Shown here in pieces: positions 27,522 through 36,166 of a stretch of 64,000 bases of DNA. The notes under the pieces are model-generated. The model ran no database searches and was not told the origin of the DNA. It was given only the letters and a program-made list of their open reading frames with translations. Every line of letters starts with the position of its first letter. Positions within the stretch are counted from its first letter, which is position 1. Position numbers and translations under genes: made by a program. The stretch is from a virus: IMG/VR virus record IMGVR_UViG_3300021963_000060, positions 1 to 64,000 of that record. One strand, written 5' to 3'.

Positions 27522-28649
27522 TCAGAAAGGAGTAGGTTGGTCAATATTGGGGTTGTAGTCAACCTGCTCAGTAGGCATTTGGAAGTCAGCATCTACTTTA
27601 TCATACAGTTCCAGGAATGCTTGCTTGGTTTCGTCATCAAAACGATTCACACAAACTTGAATTGCCTTTGCCTTATCTTGGAAAATGCTGTAAGCACGGA
27701 TGATATGAACGAGTCGGCGGGTGCTGATGATTTCCTCAATCCCACCATCATAGAACGTTTTACGAATGATATCTGCCCAGTCAACCAGGCGCTTGCAGAA
27801 GTTGCGGTCTTCCACCTGCAGATCCAGCGCAACGCCTTCTAGGATCTTCTGCTCGGTACTGGGAGCGGGATAGGACTGCTCAAAGGTCACAGGGAAACGT
27901 TCAAGGAATGCTTCGTTGAGAACATTAGTACCGATAAAGCGGCCATCGTCAGAACCCTTACCCTTAGTGTTAGCGGTAGCGATAACATTGAAACCTGCGG
28001 TAGGTTTCACGAAACGACCAATCTTTTTAAGAAAGACGCCTTTACCTTCTAGGATGGATTGCAGACATAGAATTTTGTTAGAAGCAAGGTCAATCTCATC
28101 CAACAAAAGAACAGCACCACGCTCAAGTGCTTCTACAACAGGACCATTATGCCAAACAGTTTCACCGTTCACAAGGCGGAAACCACCAATTAGATCATCC
28201 TCATCAGTTTCGATCGTAATGTTTACACGAATTAGTTCACGCTTAAGTTGAGCACACGCCTGCTCAACAGAGAACGTTTTACCGTTACCCGAAAGACCCG
28301 TAATGAACGCAGGATAAAAAATACGGGACTGAATAATACGTTTAATATCTTTAAAGTTACCAAACTGGACGAAGGTATCATCTTTATCAGGAATTAGATT
28401 TTGTTCCACAGCAGGAAGAACTGAAGGAGCTTGATATGAACGTTCGATCTCTTCTACTCGTTCACGAGTGATCTCCATATTCCAACGACCACGACCAACT
28501 TTAAATTGTTCCAGTCGCTTAGTTACAGTTGGATAGGAAATACTTTTAGAAGCACAATAACCACGAACATCAGCAGCAGTAAATTCTGTACCGAAAGTAT
28601 TTTTGAGATCAATAAGAATTTGGTCGTCGGTCATTTTAAGGCGAGACAT
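27522..28649 (-). CDS. cobS: CobS-like MoxR AAA+ ATPase
   Basis: GLSGNGKT, LLLDEID, ATANTKG, NEAFLERF, STRRL. Confidence 0.9.
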   Translation of the reverse strand: MSRLKMTDDQILIDLKNTFGTEFTAADVRGYCASKSISYPTVTKRLEQFKVGRGRWNMEITRERVEEIERSYQAPSVLPAVEQNLIPDKDDTFVQFGNFKDIKRIIQSRIFYPAFITGLSGNGKTFSVEQACAQLKRELIRVNITIETDEDDLIGGFRLVNGETVWHNGPVVEALERGAVLLLDEIDLASNKILCLQSILEGKGVFLKKIGRFVKPTAGFNVIATANTKGKGSDDGRFIGTNVLNEAFLERFPVTFEQSYPAPSTEQKILEGVALDLQVEDRNFCKRLVDWADIIRKTFYDGGIEEIISTRRLVHIIRAYSIFQDKAKAIQVCVNRFDDETKQAFLELYDKVDADFQMPTEQVDYNPNIDQPTPF

Positions 28650-28676
28650 GAATGGGTCATTTGTTTCAACAGAGTC

Positions 28677-28732
28677 ATTATAAGGGAAAAAAGGTCTTGG
28701 TTTCCCACCGAGTGGTCAGTTCGCCAACTGGT
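28677..28732 (-). promoter_or_regulatory. Early-type promoter: TATAAT plus upstream 7-4-7 imperfect palindrome
   Basis: ACCAGTT-GGCG-AACTGAC about 32 nt upstream of TATAAT; same geometry at 31668-31722. Confidence 0.55.
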
Positions 28733-28901
28733 TGCGCCACTTATTCAAATATTCTTCAGTTACAATTTTTGCAGTGTATCCTGGGTAATACTTATTCACT
28801 AATGAAGAAAGTCCCATAGCAGTGATACTGCTATTACATTTAATCCAAACTTCTTTACTATCATATTTTATAATGTGGTCAAATGGAAATTTAGTCTTCA
28901 T
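28716..28901 (-). CDS. Hypothetical protein
   Basis: ORF track; fills gap. Confidence 0.65.
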   Translation of the reverse strand: MKTKFPFDHIIKYDSKEVWIKCNSSITAMGLSSLVNKYYPGYTAKIVTEEYLNKWRNQLAN

Positions 28902-28904
28902 AAT

Positions 28905-29441
28905 TTACTTTTTCTTTTTGGATTTGTTCCCCCAGTTTGCTGCACCAACTTTACGGCATTTTGATAATGCTCCAGAAGCATATGCACTTGGCCAAACACT
29001 ATACCTAGATTTTACTTTTTTGTAGCAGGCATCTTTTTCACCTGCCTCTTCCTGAGTCACTATTTTTGCAGCGCCAGATCTATTTGGATTTGGATCTTCT
29101 CTACGCTTCTTAGCGGCTCTCTTATTTCTCTCATCCTTATCCATTGCAGCACGATCGTCTGCGTCTCTACAATAAGGTTTAGTTTTTTGTCCAGGTTGCT
29201 TAGCACAAGGTTTCCCATCATACTTTCCGCCAGCCTGAACCCATCCACCGCCCTTAAACCAATCTCTTAGAGAATATCCAGGATCTTTTGCAGATTTACC
29301 ATCAAGTGCTTCTTCTACTTTTTTTCTTCCAGCACAATGCGCTCTCTGACTGAATCCTTTAGGGTTATTGCAGTCTATTGACTTTTTATATTTTTGAGAC
29401 CAGCTCTCACTAGTCTCCATAAACTCTCTAAAAGATTTCAT
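28905..29441 (-). CDS. Putative internal head protein with Cys-containing basic modules
   Basis: MKSFREFME targeting-like peptide; VEE|A and QEE|A sites; late promoter at 29453-29459. Confidence 0.7.
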   Translation of the reverse strand: MKSFREFMETSESWSQKYKKSIDCNNPKGFSQRAHCAGRKKVEEALDGKSAKDPGYSLRDWFKGGGWVQAGGKYDGKPCAKQPGQKTKPYCRDADDRAAMDKDERNKRAAKKRREDPNPNRSGAAKIVTQEEAGEKDACYKKVKSRYSVWPSAYASGALSKCRKVGAANWGNKSKKKK

Positions 29442-29455
29442 TTTTTTACAAATAT

Positions 29456-31645
29456 TTATGCTACCAAAGAAATAAACTCACCGAGAACTTTTTTATTGAG
29501 TTTTTTGGTTTTCAGAGATTTAGCAAACGCGGATTTAATTTGTGCTTTAGTTGCATGTTCATGAATATCAAACTCAGTATCCTGAGAAAGTGCCGATGAA
29601 GAAAGACCAAAATACGCATCATATCCAGAGTTGGTGATAGTAAAACTCTTTAGTTTCTTCCAGTCACTCTGGATTTTTTCATACTGCTTATCATTATGGG
29701 AGTGATACATCTGAACAAATCGACTCATATTGCGGCCATCAAGAACACGGATACCAATAAAGTTTGTATTGGAAAACTTATCTTTTAGGTTTCTTAGGAG
29801 AAGATCAGTAAACTCATGGTATGCATATCTAAACTGATATGTAGTTCCAAGTTTACGATCACGCAAAAATGTACTCATTGGATTGATATATCCATTTCCA
29901 ATATAAGGTTCTTTCTCCCAGCGACGATGAACCTCTTTATGACATACTAGTTGATTTGCTTCACCATCGGTAAGAACAATACACTGAACTTTTTGCAGTT
30001 TGTTCTCCTTTTGAAACTTTGGAAGAATCTGATGAAGTGCAATCAAAGACTCATTAAGAGGAGTACCAGAAAGACTCATGCGACTAGAATAAGTATAAGG
30101 AGAACTGTAACTCCTACCAAAACAGTAAGCAAGACGCCAAATATTAAGCATCTGATGTTCAAGAATGCTACCAGAAACTTTACTAGTAAGAATGTTCATC
30201 ATAGAGAAAGTCTCATCAACAACTAGAAGACCATCCTTCTTTTGATAATGGGGGGTACGGTCTGCAGCAAGATATCGATCATTTTCATAATCATACTCAC
30301 CACGCCGCCATTCATTAGTAAAAGCATAAACTTCAAAAGGAATAGAGACCTTCTTACAGAACCAAATAAGGTTGAAGAGTTGCTTACAAGTATCAAGCAT
30401 CACTTCGGCCATGGAACCACTCCAGTCCAGAACAAATACCAGACCATGATTTTTACCATCAGGAATCACAGATACTTTTTTGAACAGATCTTCATTGTAT
30501 TTGTAAGTGTGAAGACGGGCAGTATCAAGAACTCCTGTACGAGCAGTAGATGCACGAGAGTATTGATCTGCTGCTTTGCGACATTCAAATTCTTTTACCA
30601 AATAGTTAACTTCTTTCTGAGCAGAAGACTTGAACTTTCTATACTCAAGGTCAGACTCCTCATAAAGATTTACTGCTCCATATCCTTTATCTTTAGCATG
30701 TTCATTATGAATTTTCTGTTGATGGGCAAATGAATCATCAATATCTTTATGGACATTGAAATTTTTCCCAATTACAGTTTCAAGATTTACCTGAGGAATT
30801 TCGAGATAAACATTATCATAACTATCATTACCCACAAGATCTCGAATCTTATCTTCAAGAGATTCTGCAGTACGAACCTCAGGATCTTTATCTGATTCTT
30901 GTGATTTTACGGTAGTGTCTTCACCTTGAGCATTACCAGTTTCCCCATTATCATTTTGTGGTTGAGAGTTATCACTATCACCATCTTGTTCAGAAGATGA
31001 ATCATTACTTTCTACAATCTCATTTGATTGAGATTGTGATTGAGAATTTCCTGGAGTTTCATGAGAATCTAGATCAGCAACCTTTTGTTGCTTCTCCTTT
31101 TCTTTCTTACAATATTTGTAAAGTTCCTCAGCAGCAATTAGTGCATCTGCGAAACTTTCACATGCACCAATCATATTAATAATTTCTTTTTCCTCAGAAG
31201 AGAAATCCAGAGTAATAAAGTTACCAATCTTGAAATATAGATTGGCTCGGTCAGCAAGATTGAATGTAGAAATATCCTCTTCTTCGAGTTGGAAGAAATC
31301 TTCTTCGTTCAGTTCTTTGTAACCATTGAAGAAAGTCTTAGCAAGACCAGCATACTTACGCTTCATCAGTTTCTCAATGCGAGCATCTTCAACTACATTC
31401 ACAAACTGTGCTGGGATCTTATATTTTTTCAACCAATCCTCATCTGGGGTAAACAAAGCATGACCCACCTCATGACCCACCAGAAGGTCATATACGAGAC
31501 TGCTTGCCTTTTCCCACATAGGAAGCGTAAGAACACGGGTATGAACGTTAAAGCAAGCAGTAGGAACTTTCTTATGCTCTACCACAAGATCCTCAGTGGC
31601 TAGAAGTTTAGCGAGTTGAGATTTAATTTCGTGACGGACGGCCAT
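29456..31645 (-). CDS. CobT-like protein: zincin metallopeptidase-like N-domain plus VWA domain (likely start MAVRHE)
   Basis: HEVGH...NVVEDARIE; acidic linker; LDWSGSM MIDAS, GTPL, LTDGE. Confidence 0.85.
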   Translation of the reverse strand: MAVRHEIKSQLAKLLATEDLVVEHKKVPTACFNVHTRVLTLPMWEKASSLVYDLLVGHEVGHALFTPDEDWLKKYKIPAQFVNVVEDARIEKLMKRKYAGLAKTFFNGYKELNEEDFFQLEEEDISTFNLADRANLYFKIGNFITLDFSSEEKEIINMIGACESFADALIAAEELYKYCKKEKEKQQKVADLDSHETPGNSQSQSQSNEIVESNDSSSEQDGDSDNSQPQNDNGETGNAQGEDTTVKSQESDKDPEVRTAESLEDKIRDLVGNDSYDNVYLEIPQVNLETVIGKNFNVHKDIDDSFAHQQKIHNEHAKDKGYGAVNLYEESDLEYRKFKSSAQKEVNYLVKEFECRKAADQYSRASTARTGVLDTARLHTYKYNEDLFKKVSVIPDGKNHGLVFVLDWSGSMAEVMLDTCKQLFNLIWFCKKVSIPFEVYAFTNEWRRGEYDYENDRYLAADRTPHYQKKDGLLVVDETFSMMNILTSKVSGSILEHQMLNIWRLAYCFGRSYSSPYTYSSRMSLSGTPLNESLIALHQILPKFQKENKLQKVQCIVLTDGEANQLVCHKEVHRRWEKEPYIGNGYINPMSTFLRDRKLGTTYQFRYAYHEFTDLLLRNLKDKFSNTNFIGIRVLDGRNMSRFVQMYHSHNDKQYEKIQSDWKKLKSFTITNSGYDAYFGLSSSALSQDTEFDIHEHATKAQIKSAFAKSLKTKKLNKKVLGEFISLVA

Positions 31646-31667
31646 TGGGTTTGTTTCGTATGAAGAC

Positions 31668-31722
31668 ATCATACAAAAAAAGGAGGCATTTCAACCTCCG
31701 AATAGACAGTTTAAAAAGTGTC
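31668..31722 (-). promoter_or_regulatory. Early-type promoter: TATGAT plus upstream 7-4-7 palindrome, with intervening terminator hairpin
   Basis: GACACTT-TTTA-AACTGTC; GGAGG-TTGAAATG-CCTCC-T run; TATGAT. Confidence 0.55.
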
Positions 31723-31726
31723 CTGG

Positions 31727-31957
31727 TCAATCTTTGGTTGCCCTAGCAAAATCTTCTACACCCTTTCTAAATTTTTCTTCCTTGTCGGATAGATCATTAA
31801 AACGTTTTCTAGCAAGTTGAGCGGTTCTTTGTGCTTTCACATCAGTTGTTGCACTACGTTGCTGAAGATCTTTAAGTCTATCACCAAAATCTTTTACGCG
31901 ATTTTCATTTATATTATTTGCAGTCTCTATAAATTCGTTAAAGGTTTTATATTTCAT
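31727..31957 (-). CDS. Small putative internal head protein
   Basis: MKYKTFNEFIE targeting-like peptide, INE|N site; late promoter at 31978-31984. Confidence 0.7.
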   Translation of the reverse strand: MKYKTFNEFIETANNINENRVKDFGDRLKDLQQRSATTDVKAQRTAQLARKRFNDLSDKEEKFRKGVEDFARATKD

Positions 31958-31969
31958 TTTACCTTCTTT

Positions 31970-32119
31970 TTAAAAAATATTTATACAAAAAAAAACACCC
32001 CTTTCGGAGTGCTTTTTCTTAAATGCTTTGAGTCGTGCTTTTGCTTGTCTTAGTGCTTGTGGTTTAAGTTTTCTCTTCTGTTCTTTTTTAGAATGATGTT
32101 TCCAGTTTGGGACTTGCAT
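31970..32119 (-). CDS. Small basic protein, 49 aa (MQVPNWKHHSKKEQKRKLKPQALRQAKARL...)
   Basis: Hand-translated; recognised type of small gene after gp46 in cyanophages. Confidence 0.6.
   Translation of the reverse strand: MQVPNWKHHSKKEQKRKLKPQALRQAKARLKAFKKKHSERGVFFCINIF
31987..32012 (-). terminator. Intrinsic terminator with GNRA loop
   Basis: GCACTCC-GAAA-GGGGTGT then T run. Confidence 0.75.
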
Positions 32120-32133
32120 TGTTCTTGGGTAGA

Positions 32134-33846
32134 TTAGGCTACCATATGTGAAAAACCTTTGACCTTCTCAAATCTTATGACACTTTGGAATCTGTCCTCA
32201 AGACCAGTCTTGTGGGAGATAACGAATATGTTAGCATCTTTAACCACATAACGAATGATCTTTAAAAATTCTTCAGTACCAGTGCTGTCTAGAGATGAAT
32301 CGAAAACTTCATCCATAATTAACAAATTGGTATTTGTTGAATTTTTAAATTTAGCAACTTCTCTCCAAGTAAAAAGAAGTGCTAGATCGATTCTTTGCTT
32401 TTCTCCTTCGCTAAAAGAAGAGTATGAAAAATCTTCATGAATGGGAGATTGGACAGTTTCATTAAATTCTTCATCAAGAGTAAAGTTGATGTAAAAATCC
32501 ATCATTTGAAGATAGCGATTTACCTGCTGATTAATAAGAGGCAAATACTTCTTAATAATTTTAGTTTTTACACCACCATCTTTGAGCAAAGAATATGAAA
32601 AATCATGATATGAAATTAACTCTTTTTTCTCAGACAAATTATCAAAGGCTTCTGATAGATCTGTTTTAAACTTTTCTAGTTTTTCATGTTCAGAATTTTT
32701 GTTTTCAAGTTGAGAGGTAATTTTTTGAATTTCAGATTCCAGATCTCTGATCTGTCTCTGGTGTCCAGATACTCTTGTATTATTTTGAGAAATTTCATGG
32801 TTTAGGTTAGTTATTTCTTTTGAAATACGTAGAAAATGACTTTCTCGAATTTCTTCATCACGAATTGCTTGCTCAAGTTCTTCATAACCACTACGAAGCT
32901 CTTTTGCCTTTAATTCGGCTTCACTAATCTTATTTAACCGAAATTCTTCATCAATATTTTGAGTACATGTTGGGCAAACCGAATTCTCAGTGAAAAATTT
33001 ATGCTCAGTTGTAATTGTTGATACTTTTTGAGAAATTTTTCCTTTGAGATTTCCTAGTTTTTTAAGTTTACTAGTAGAACCAGATACTTCTTCTAAATCT
33101 TTAGATAAGGATAATACTTGTTCTTCGATTTTAGAGTTATTAATCTCGTAATCTTCACACTCTGATAAAAGTTGAATTATTGTACTTTTTTTAGTGTCGA
33201 TAGTTTGTTTTCCTTCCTTTTCCAACTTATTGATAAAGTTGGTTTGCATTTCGACTTTATCTTTAAGCGAATCTCTTTTAAGATCTAATGTGCGAATATC
33301 TTCTTTCAGACTTCTAATTTTCTCTTTAATAAGAGTATTCATCGTAGAAAAGATTTTGATATCTAAAAGATCTTCAATAACTTCTCTACGACTTGCAGCA
33401 GAAAGTTGCATGAATGGAACAAAGTTACTGCTTCCTAGAATTACAATTTGGGTAAATGATTTATAATTCATTTTTAGAACAGTCTGCTCTAACCATTTTT
33501 GCTGATCTACTGCTGATGAATTTTGATCTAATAGAGATCCATTCCTGTATATTTCAAAAATACTCGGTTTAATTCCACGAACTACTTTCCAAGAAATAGA
33601 TCCCGTCTTGAATTCAATTTCAACTAAACAATCTTTTTCATTAATTGAATTTAATAGTTGTGGTTTATTAATTTTTCTAAATGCTTTTCCAAATAGAACA
33701 AATGTTAAAGCATCAAGAATAGTGCTTTTACCTGCACCATTATGACCCACAATAAGAGTAGTTGATTTTTTATCCAGTTCAATTTCTGTAAATTGATTTC
33801 CAGTTGAAAGAAAATTTTTCCAACGAATTTTTTCAAATAAAATCAT
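32134..33846 (-). CDS. gp46: Recombination endonuclease ATPase subunit (Rad50/SbcC-like)
   Basis: GHNGAGKST, CPTC zinc hook, FSEGEK, IMDEVFD, ISH. Confidence 0.97.
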   Translation of the reverse strand: MILFEKIRWKNFLSTGNQFTEIELDKKSTTLIVGHNGAGKSTILDALTFVLFGKAFRKINKPQLLNSINEKDCLVEIEFKTGSISWKVVRGIKPSIFEIYRNGSLLDQNSSAVDQQKWLEQTVLKMNYKSFTQIVILGSSNFVPFMQLSAASRREVIEDLLDIKIFSTMNTLIKEKIRSLKEDIRTLDLKRDSLKDKVEMQTNFINKLEKEGKQTIDTKKSTIIQLLSECEDYEINNSKIEEQVLSLSKDLEEVSGSTSKLKKLGNLKGKISQKVSTITTEHKFFTENSVCPTCTQNIDEEFRLNKISEAELKAKELRSGYEELEQAIRDEEIRESHFLRISKEITNLNHEISQNNTRVSGHQRQIRDLESEIQKITSQLENKNSEHEKLEKFKTDLSEAFDNLSEKKELISYHDFSYSLLKDGGVKTKIIKKYLPLINQQVNRYLQMMDFYINFTLDEEFNETVQSPIHEDFSYSSFSEGEKQRIDLALLFTWREVAKFKNSTNTNLLIMDEVFDSSLDSTGTEEFLKIIRYVVKDANIFVISHKTGLEDRFQSVIRFEKVKGFSHMVA

Positions 33847-34108
33847 GATTTTCTATATTCGGAGGTACAACAATATCATCAGAAGTAATTACGACATATT
33901 CATAGTCGTGGAATTCACAGGCTTTTAGTATTACTTTATCTTCAACTTCCATTACATGCATTTGAGGATAATTCATATCCTCCAACATCATAGCATATCT
34001 AAAGGCATCATCTTCTTCTTCAAATAAAAGAAGAACTTGTTCTCCTTCATCATTTGTTACTGAGTATGCTCCTTCTTCTTCCCTACCCTCTATCGTAAGA
34101 ATAAACAT
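33833..34108 (-). CDS. Conserved acidic hypothetical protein between gp47 and gp46
   Basis: EGAYSV...FEEEDDAFRYAMML...VVPP. Confidence 0.75.
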   Translation of the reverse strand: MFILTIEGREEEGAYSVTNDEGEQVLLLFEEEDDAFRYAMMLEDMNYPQMHVMEVEDKVILKACEFHDYEYVVITSDDIVVPPNIENHDFI

Positions 34109-34109
34109 T

Positions 34110-35150
34110 TTAGACCAGTTCGCAAGCTTCCTGATATATCTCTGATACTATCTTCCTAATAATGTTCTTATCAAGTTCAATATCAGATTCTTCAATATAT
34201 CTATCAAGAATAGAAAGAGTGTCTTCTGATTCAAATGCTTCAAATTCTTCTTTTTCTTGAATTTGAAAGTTCTCTACGATTTTAAGTTCTGAAATATTTG
34301 ATGAATAAAGTTTATCAATAAATTTTTCAAACTTTTTAACATCAGTCTTTTTACGAACTACTACCTTTACAATTTTATTCTCATATTGACGAGTATCAAA
34401 TGTTTGATAGTTTGTATCCTCATAGTAAATGTTGTAGAACATTTTATAAGGATTATCAATTGGAGTATGCTCTAATGTTTCAGTATCAAAAATAGTGAAT
34501 CCACGAGTATCATTTACATCTGTCCAATAAATCTCATAAGGATTTCCTAGATAGAAGACTGTTCCGTTAGTCGATCGAGTGTGATAGTGTCCCGAGAAGA
34601 CACGTTCGAACTTTTCAAATAACTTGCTTTCCAAACCATGCTCCATGACGATTTGGCGATTAACTCTAAATCCTTGGAGTTCAAGGTGCCCCATCGCACA
34701 CGGGCAAGTTGTCTTTTGAATAAGTTTGAGAGTGCTTTCTTCATTTTCTTGATTAATCCATGGAATAAAAAGTGTTGGAAGTTTATCCAACATCACTTCA
34801 GTTGGTTCTGAATATACTGTTACATTATTATATTCACGCAGAAGAAGATCAACTGCGTTTACATTATTTGTATTCTTATAATAGGCTGTATGGTTCCCTA
34901 CAATTGTATGAACCTTTACTCCCATTTCTTGGAGACGATCGTAGTAATTATTCTTTGCCCAGGATAGGGCAGAAAAATCAATACCCTTTCGACTATCAAA
35001 AGTATCTCCCATATCCACAACAGTAGTAATCCCTTGCTCTTCGAGTGCAGGGAAAAATACGTTGTTATAGAACTTTAGAAAATAATCATGAAAGAGTTTA
35101 GAATTCTTTCTTGCCCCAAAGTGCTGATCAGTAATAATTGCTACTTTCAT
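34110..35150 (-). CDS. gp47: Recombination endonuclease nuclease subunit (Mre11/SbcD-like)
   Basis: TDQHFG, GDTFD, GNH, GHLE, SGHYH. Confidence 0.97.
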   Translation of the reverse strand: MKVAIITDQHFGARKNSKLFHDYFLKFYNNVFFPALEEQGITTVVDMGDTFDSRKGIDFSALSWAKNNYYDRLQEMGVKVHTIVGNHTAYYKNTNNVNAVDLLLREYNNVTVYSEPTEVMLDKLPTLFIPWINQENEESTLKLIQKTTCPCAMGHLELQGFRVNRQIVMEHGLESKLFEKFERVFSGHYHTRSTNGTVFYLGNPYEIYWTDVNDTRGFTIFDTETLEHTPIDNPYKMFYNIYYEDTNYQTFDTRQYENKIVKVVVRKKTDVKKFEKFIDKLYSSNISELKIVENFQIQEKEEFEAFESEDTLSILDRYIEESDIELDKNIIRKIVSEIYQEACELV

Positions 35151-35648
35151 TCAATAACGAAGTTTAGAGTGTACAGCGTCCTTAATGCTATTATAGTCGC
35201 TGTAATTCGATCCGTCAACCGTATTGTTGTCCACGAACACTTCGTCAAATCCAGTCTTTTCTAGGATTTTGTTTTTGATTTCTAGTTGACGCTTTTCTCT
35301 TTGAATCCTGCGAAGGAAAGCGTAGTGAATGATTTGAGTAAAGTATGCAAAAGGGTTTTGTGACTTCTCTGGATTAAAGTTGTGAATATACTGAACGCAG
35401 TTTTCAATACCATCACAAATCATGTCATCCTTAAACATGTAATTTACAAAATTTGGCTTAAAGGATAGGTGAGTTGCAATCTTTAAAAAGCACTCACCAA
35501 GATAATTCGTAATCCTTGGTTTTGGTTCTCCACGAATTGCAGCAAGATCAACACTTTCACGATAAGCAATAAGTGCTGCTAAAAACTCTTTGTTGTTTAC
35601 GTAATGCTCGGATCTCTTTCTTTTGGTCATTACCGCTGTCGTTATCAT
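35151..35648 (-). CDS. gp55: Late transcription sigma factor
   Basis: HYVNNKEF, DMICDGIENC, NPFAYFTQI, AFLRRI. Confidence 0.97.
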   Translation of the reverse strand: MITTAVMTKRKRSEHYVNNKEFLAALIAYRESVDLAAIRGEPKPRITNYLGECFLKIATHLSFKPNFVNYMFKDDMICDGIENCVQYIHNFNPEKSQNPFAYFTQIIHYAFLRRIQREKRQLEIKNKILEKTGFDEVFVDNNTVDGSNYSDYNSIKDAVHSKLRY

Positions 35649-35674
35649 AAGTATCTCTAATTTAATATGTAGAG

Positions 35675-35703
35675 ATTATAACATTTTCAAAAATAAAAGA
35701 CAA
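35675..35703 (-). promoter_or_regulatory. Sigma70 promoter for gp55 operon
   Basis: TTGTCT-17nt-TATAAT with TGn extension. Confidence 0.7.
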
Positions 35704-35704
35704 C

Positions 35705-35733
35705 TTGACTCACCTCCAAATAGTGTGTATAAT
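35705..35733 (+). promoter_or_regulatory. Divergent sigma70 promoter on the gene-free strand (antisense)
   Basis: TTGACT-17nt-TATAAT with TGn extension; no plus-strand gene follows. Confidence 0.65.
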
Positions 35734-35773
35734 ACCTTTGTTAGGGTTGATAAGTAATATATTAATTAATAGC

Positions 35774-36166
35774 TTAAGAATTCTTATAGATCTTTTCTAA
35801 GAGCTCTTTAGCATCATTAACATTTGAGATGTAGCCCATTTTCTTGGTTACAATCGTTTTATCACTTTTTACATTGTTCGTTTTACGAACAAATGTCTGA
35901 TACATAGAAATAATTTCAATATCATTTGATTCAGTCATAGTCATTACATTTTCCATATCTAAAATAAACATATCTTCAGTTGTTGTTTTTAGCCATGGCT
36001 CTATCTTGTATCCATTGACTCCATTCCTTCCTTTAATTTCACTTATAACAATAGGATTTGTAAGTAGAAGAATGGTTCTATTGTTTTCTTCAGAAGCTGC
36101 TACTTTAGCAAATACTTCTTCTCCGGATTTTAACTTTAGGGTTGCATAAAAATCGTCTTCTATCAT
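35774..36166 (-). CDS. Conserved hypothetical protein after uvsW (Sm-like fold probable)
   Basis: LKLKSGEEVFA...IEPWLK...MGYIS. Confidence 0.8.
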   Translation of the reverse strand: MIEDDFYATLKLKSGEEVFAKVAASEENNRTILLLTNPIVISEIKGRNGVNGYKIEPWLKTTTEDMFILDMENVMTMTESNDIEIISMYQTFVRKTNNVKSDKTIVTKKMGYISNVNDAKELLEKIYKNS

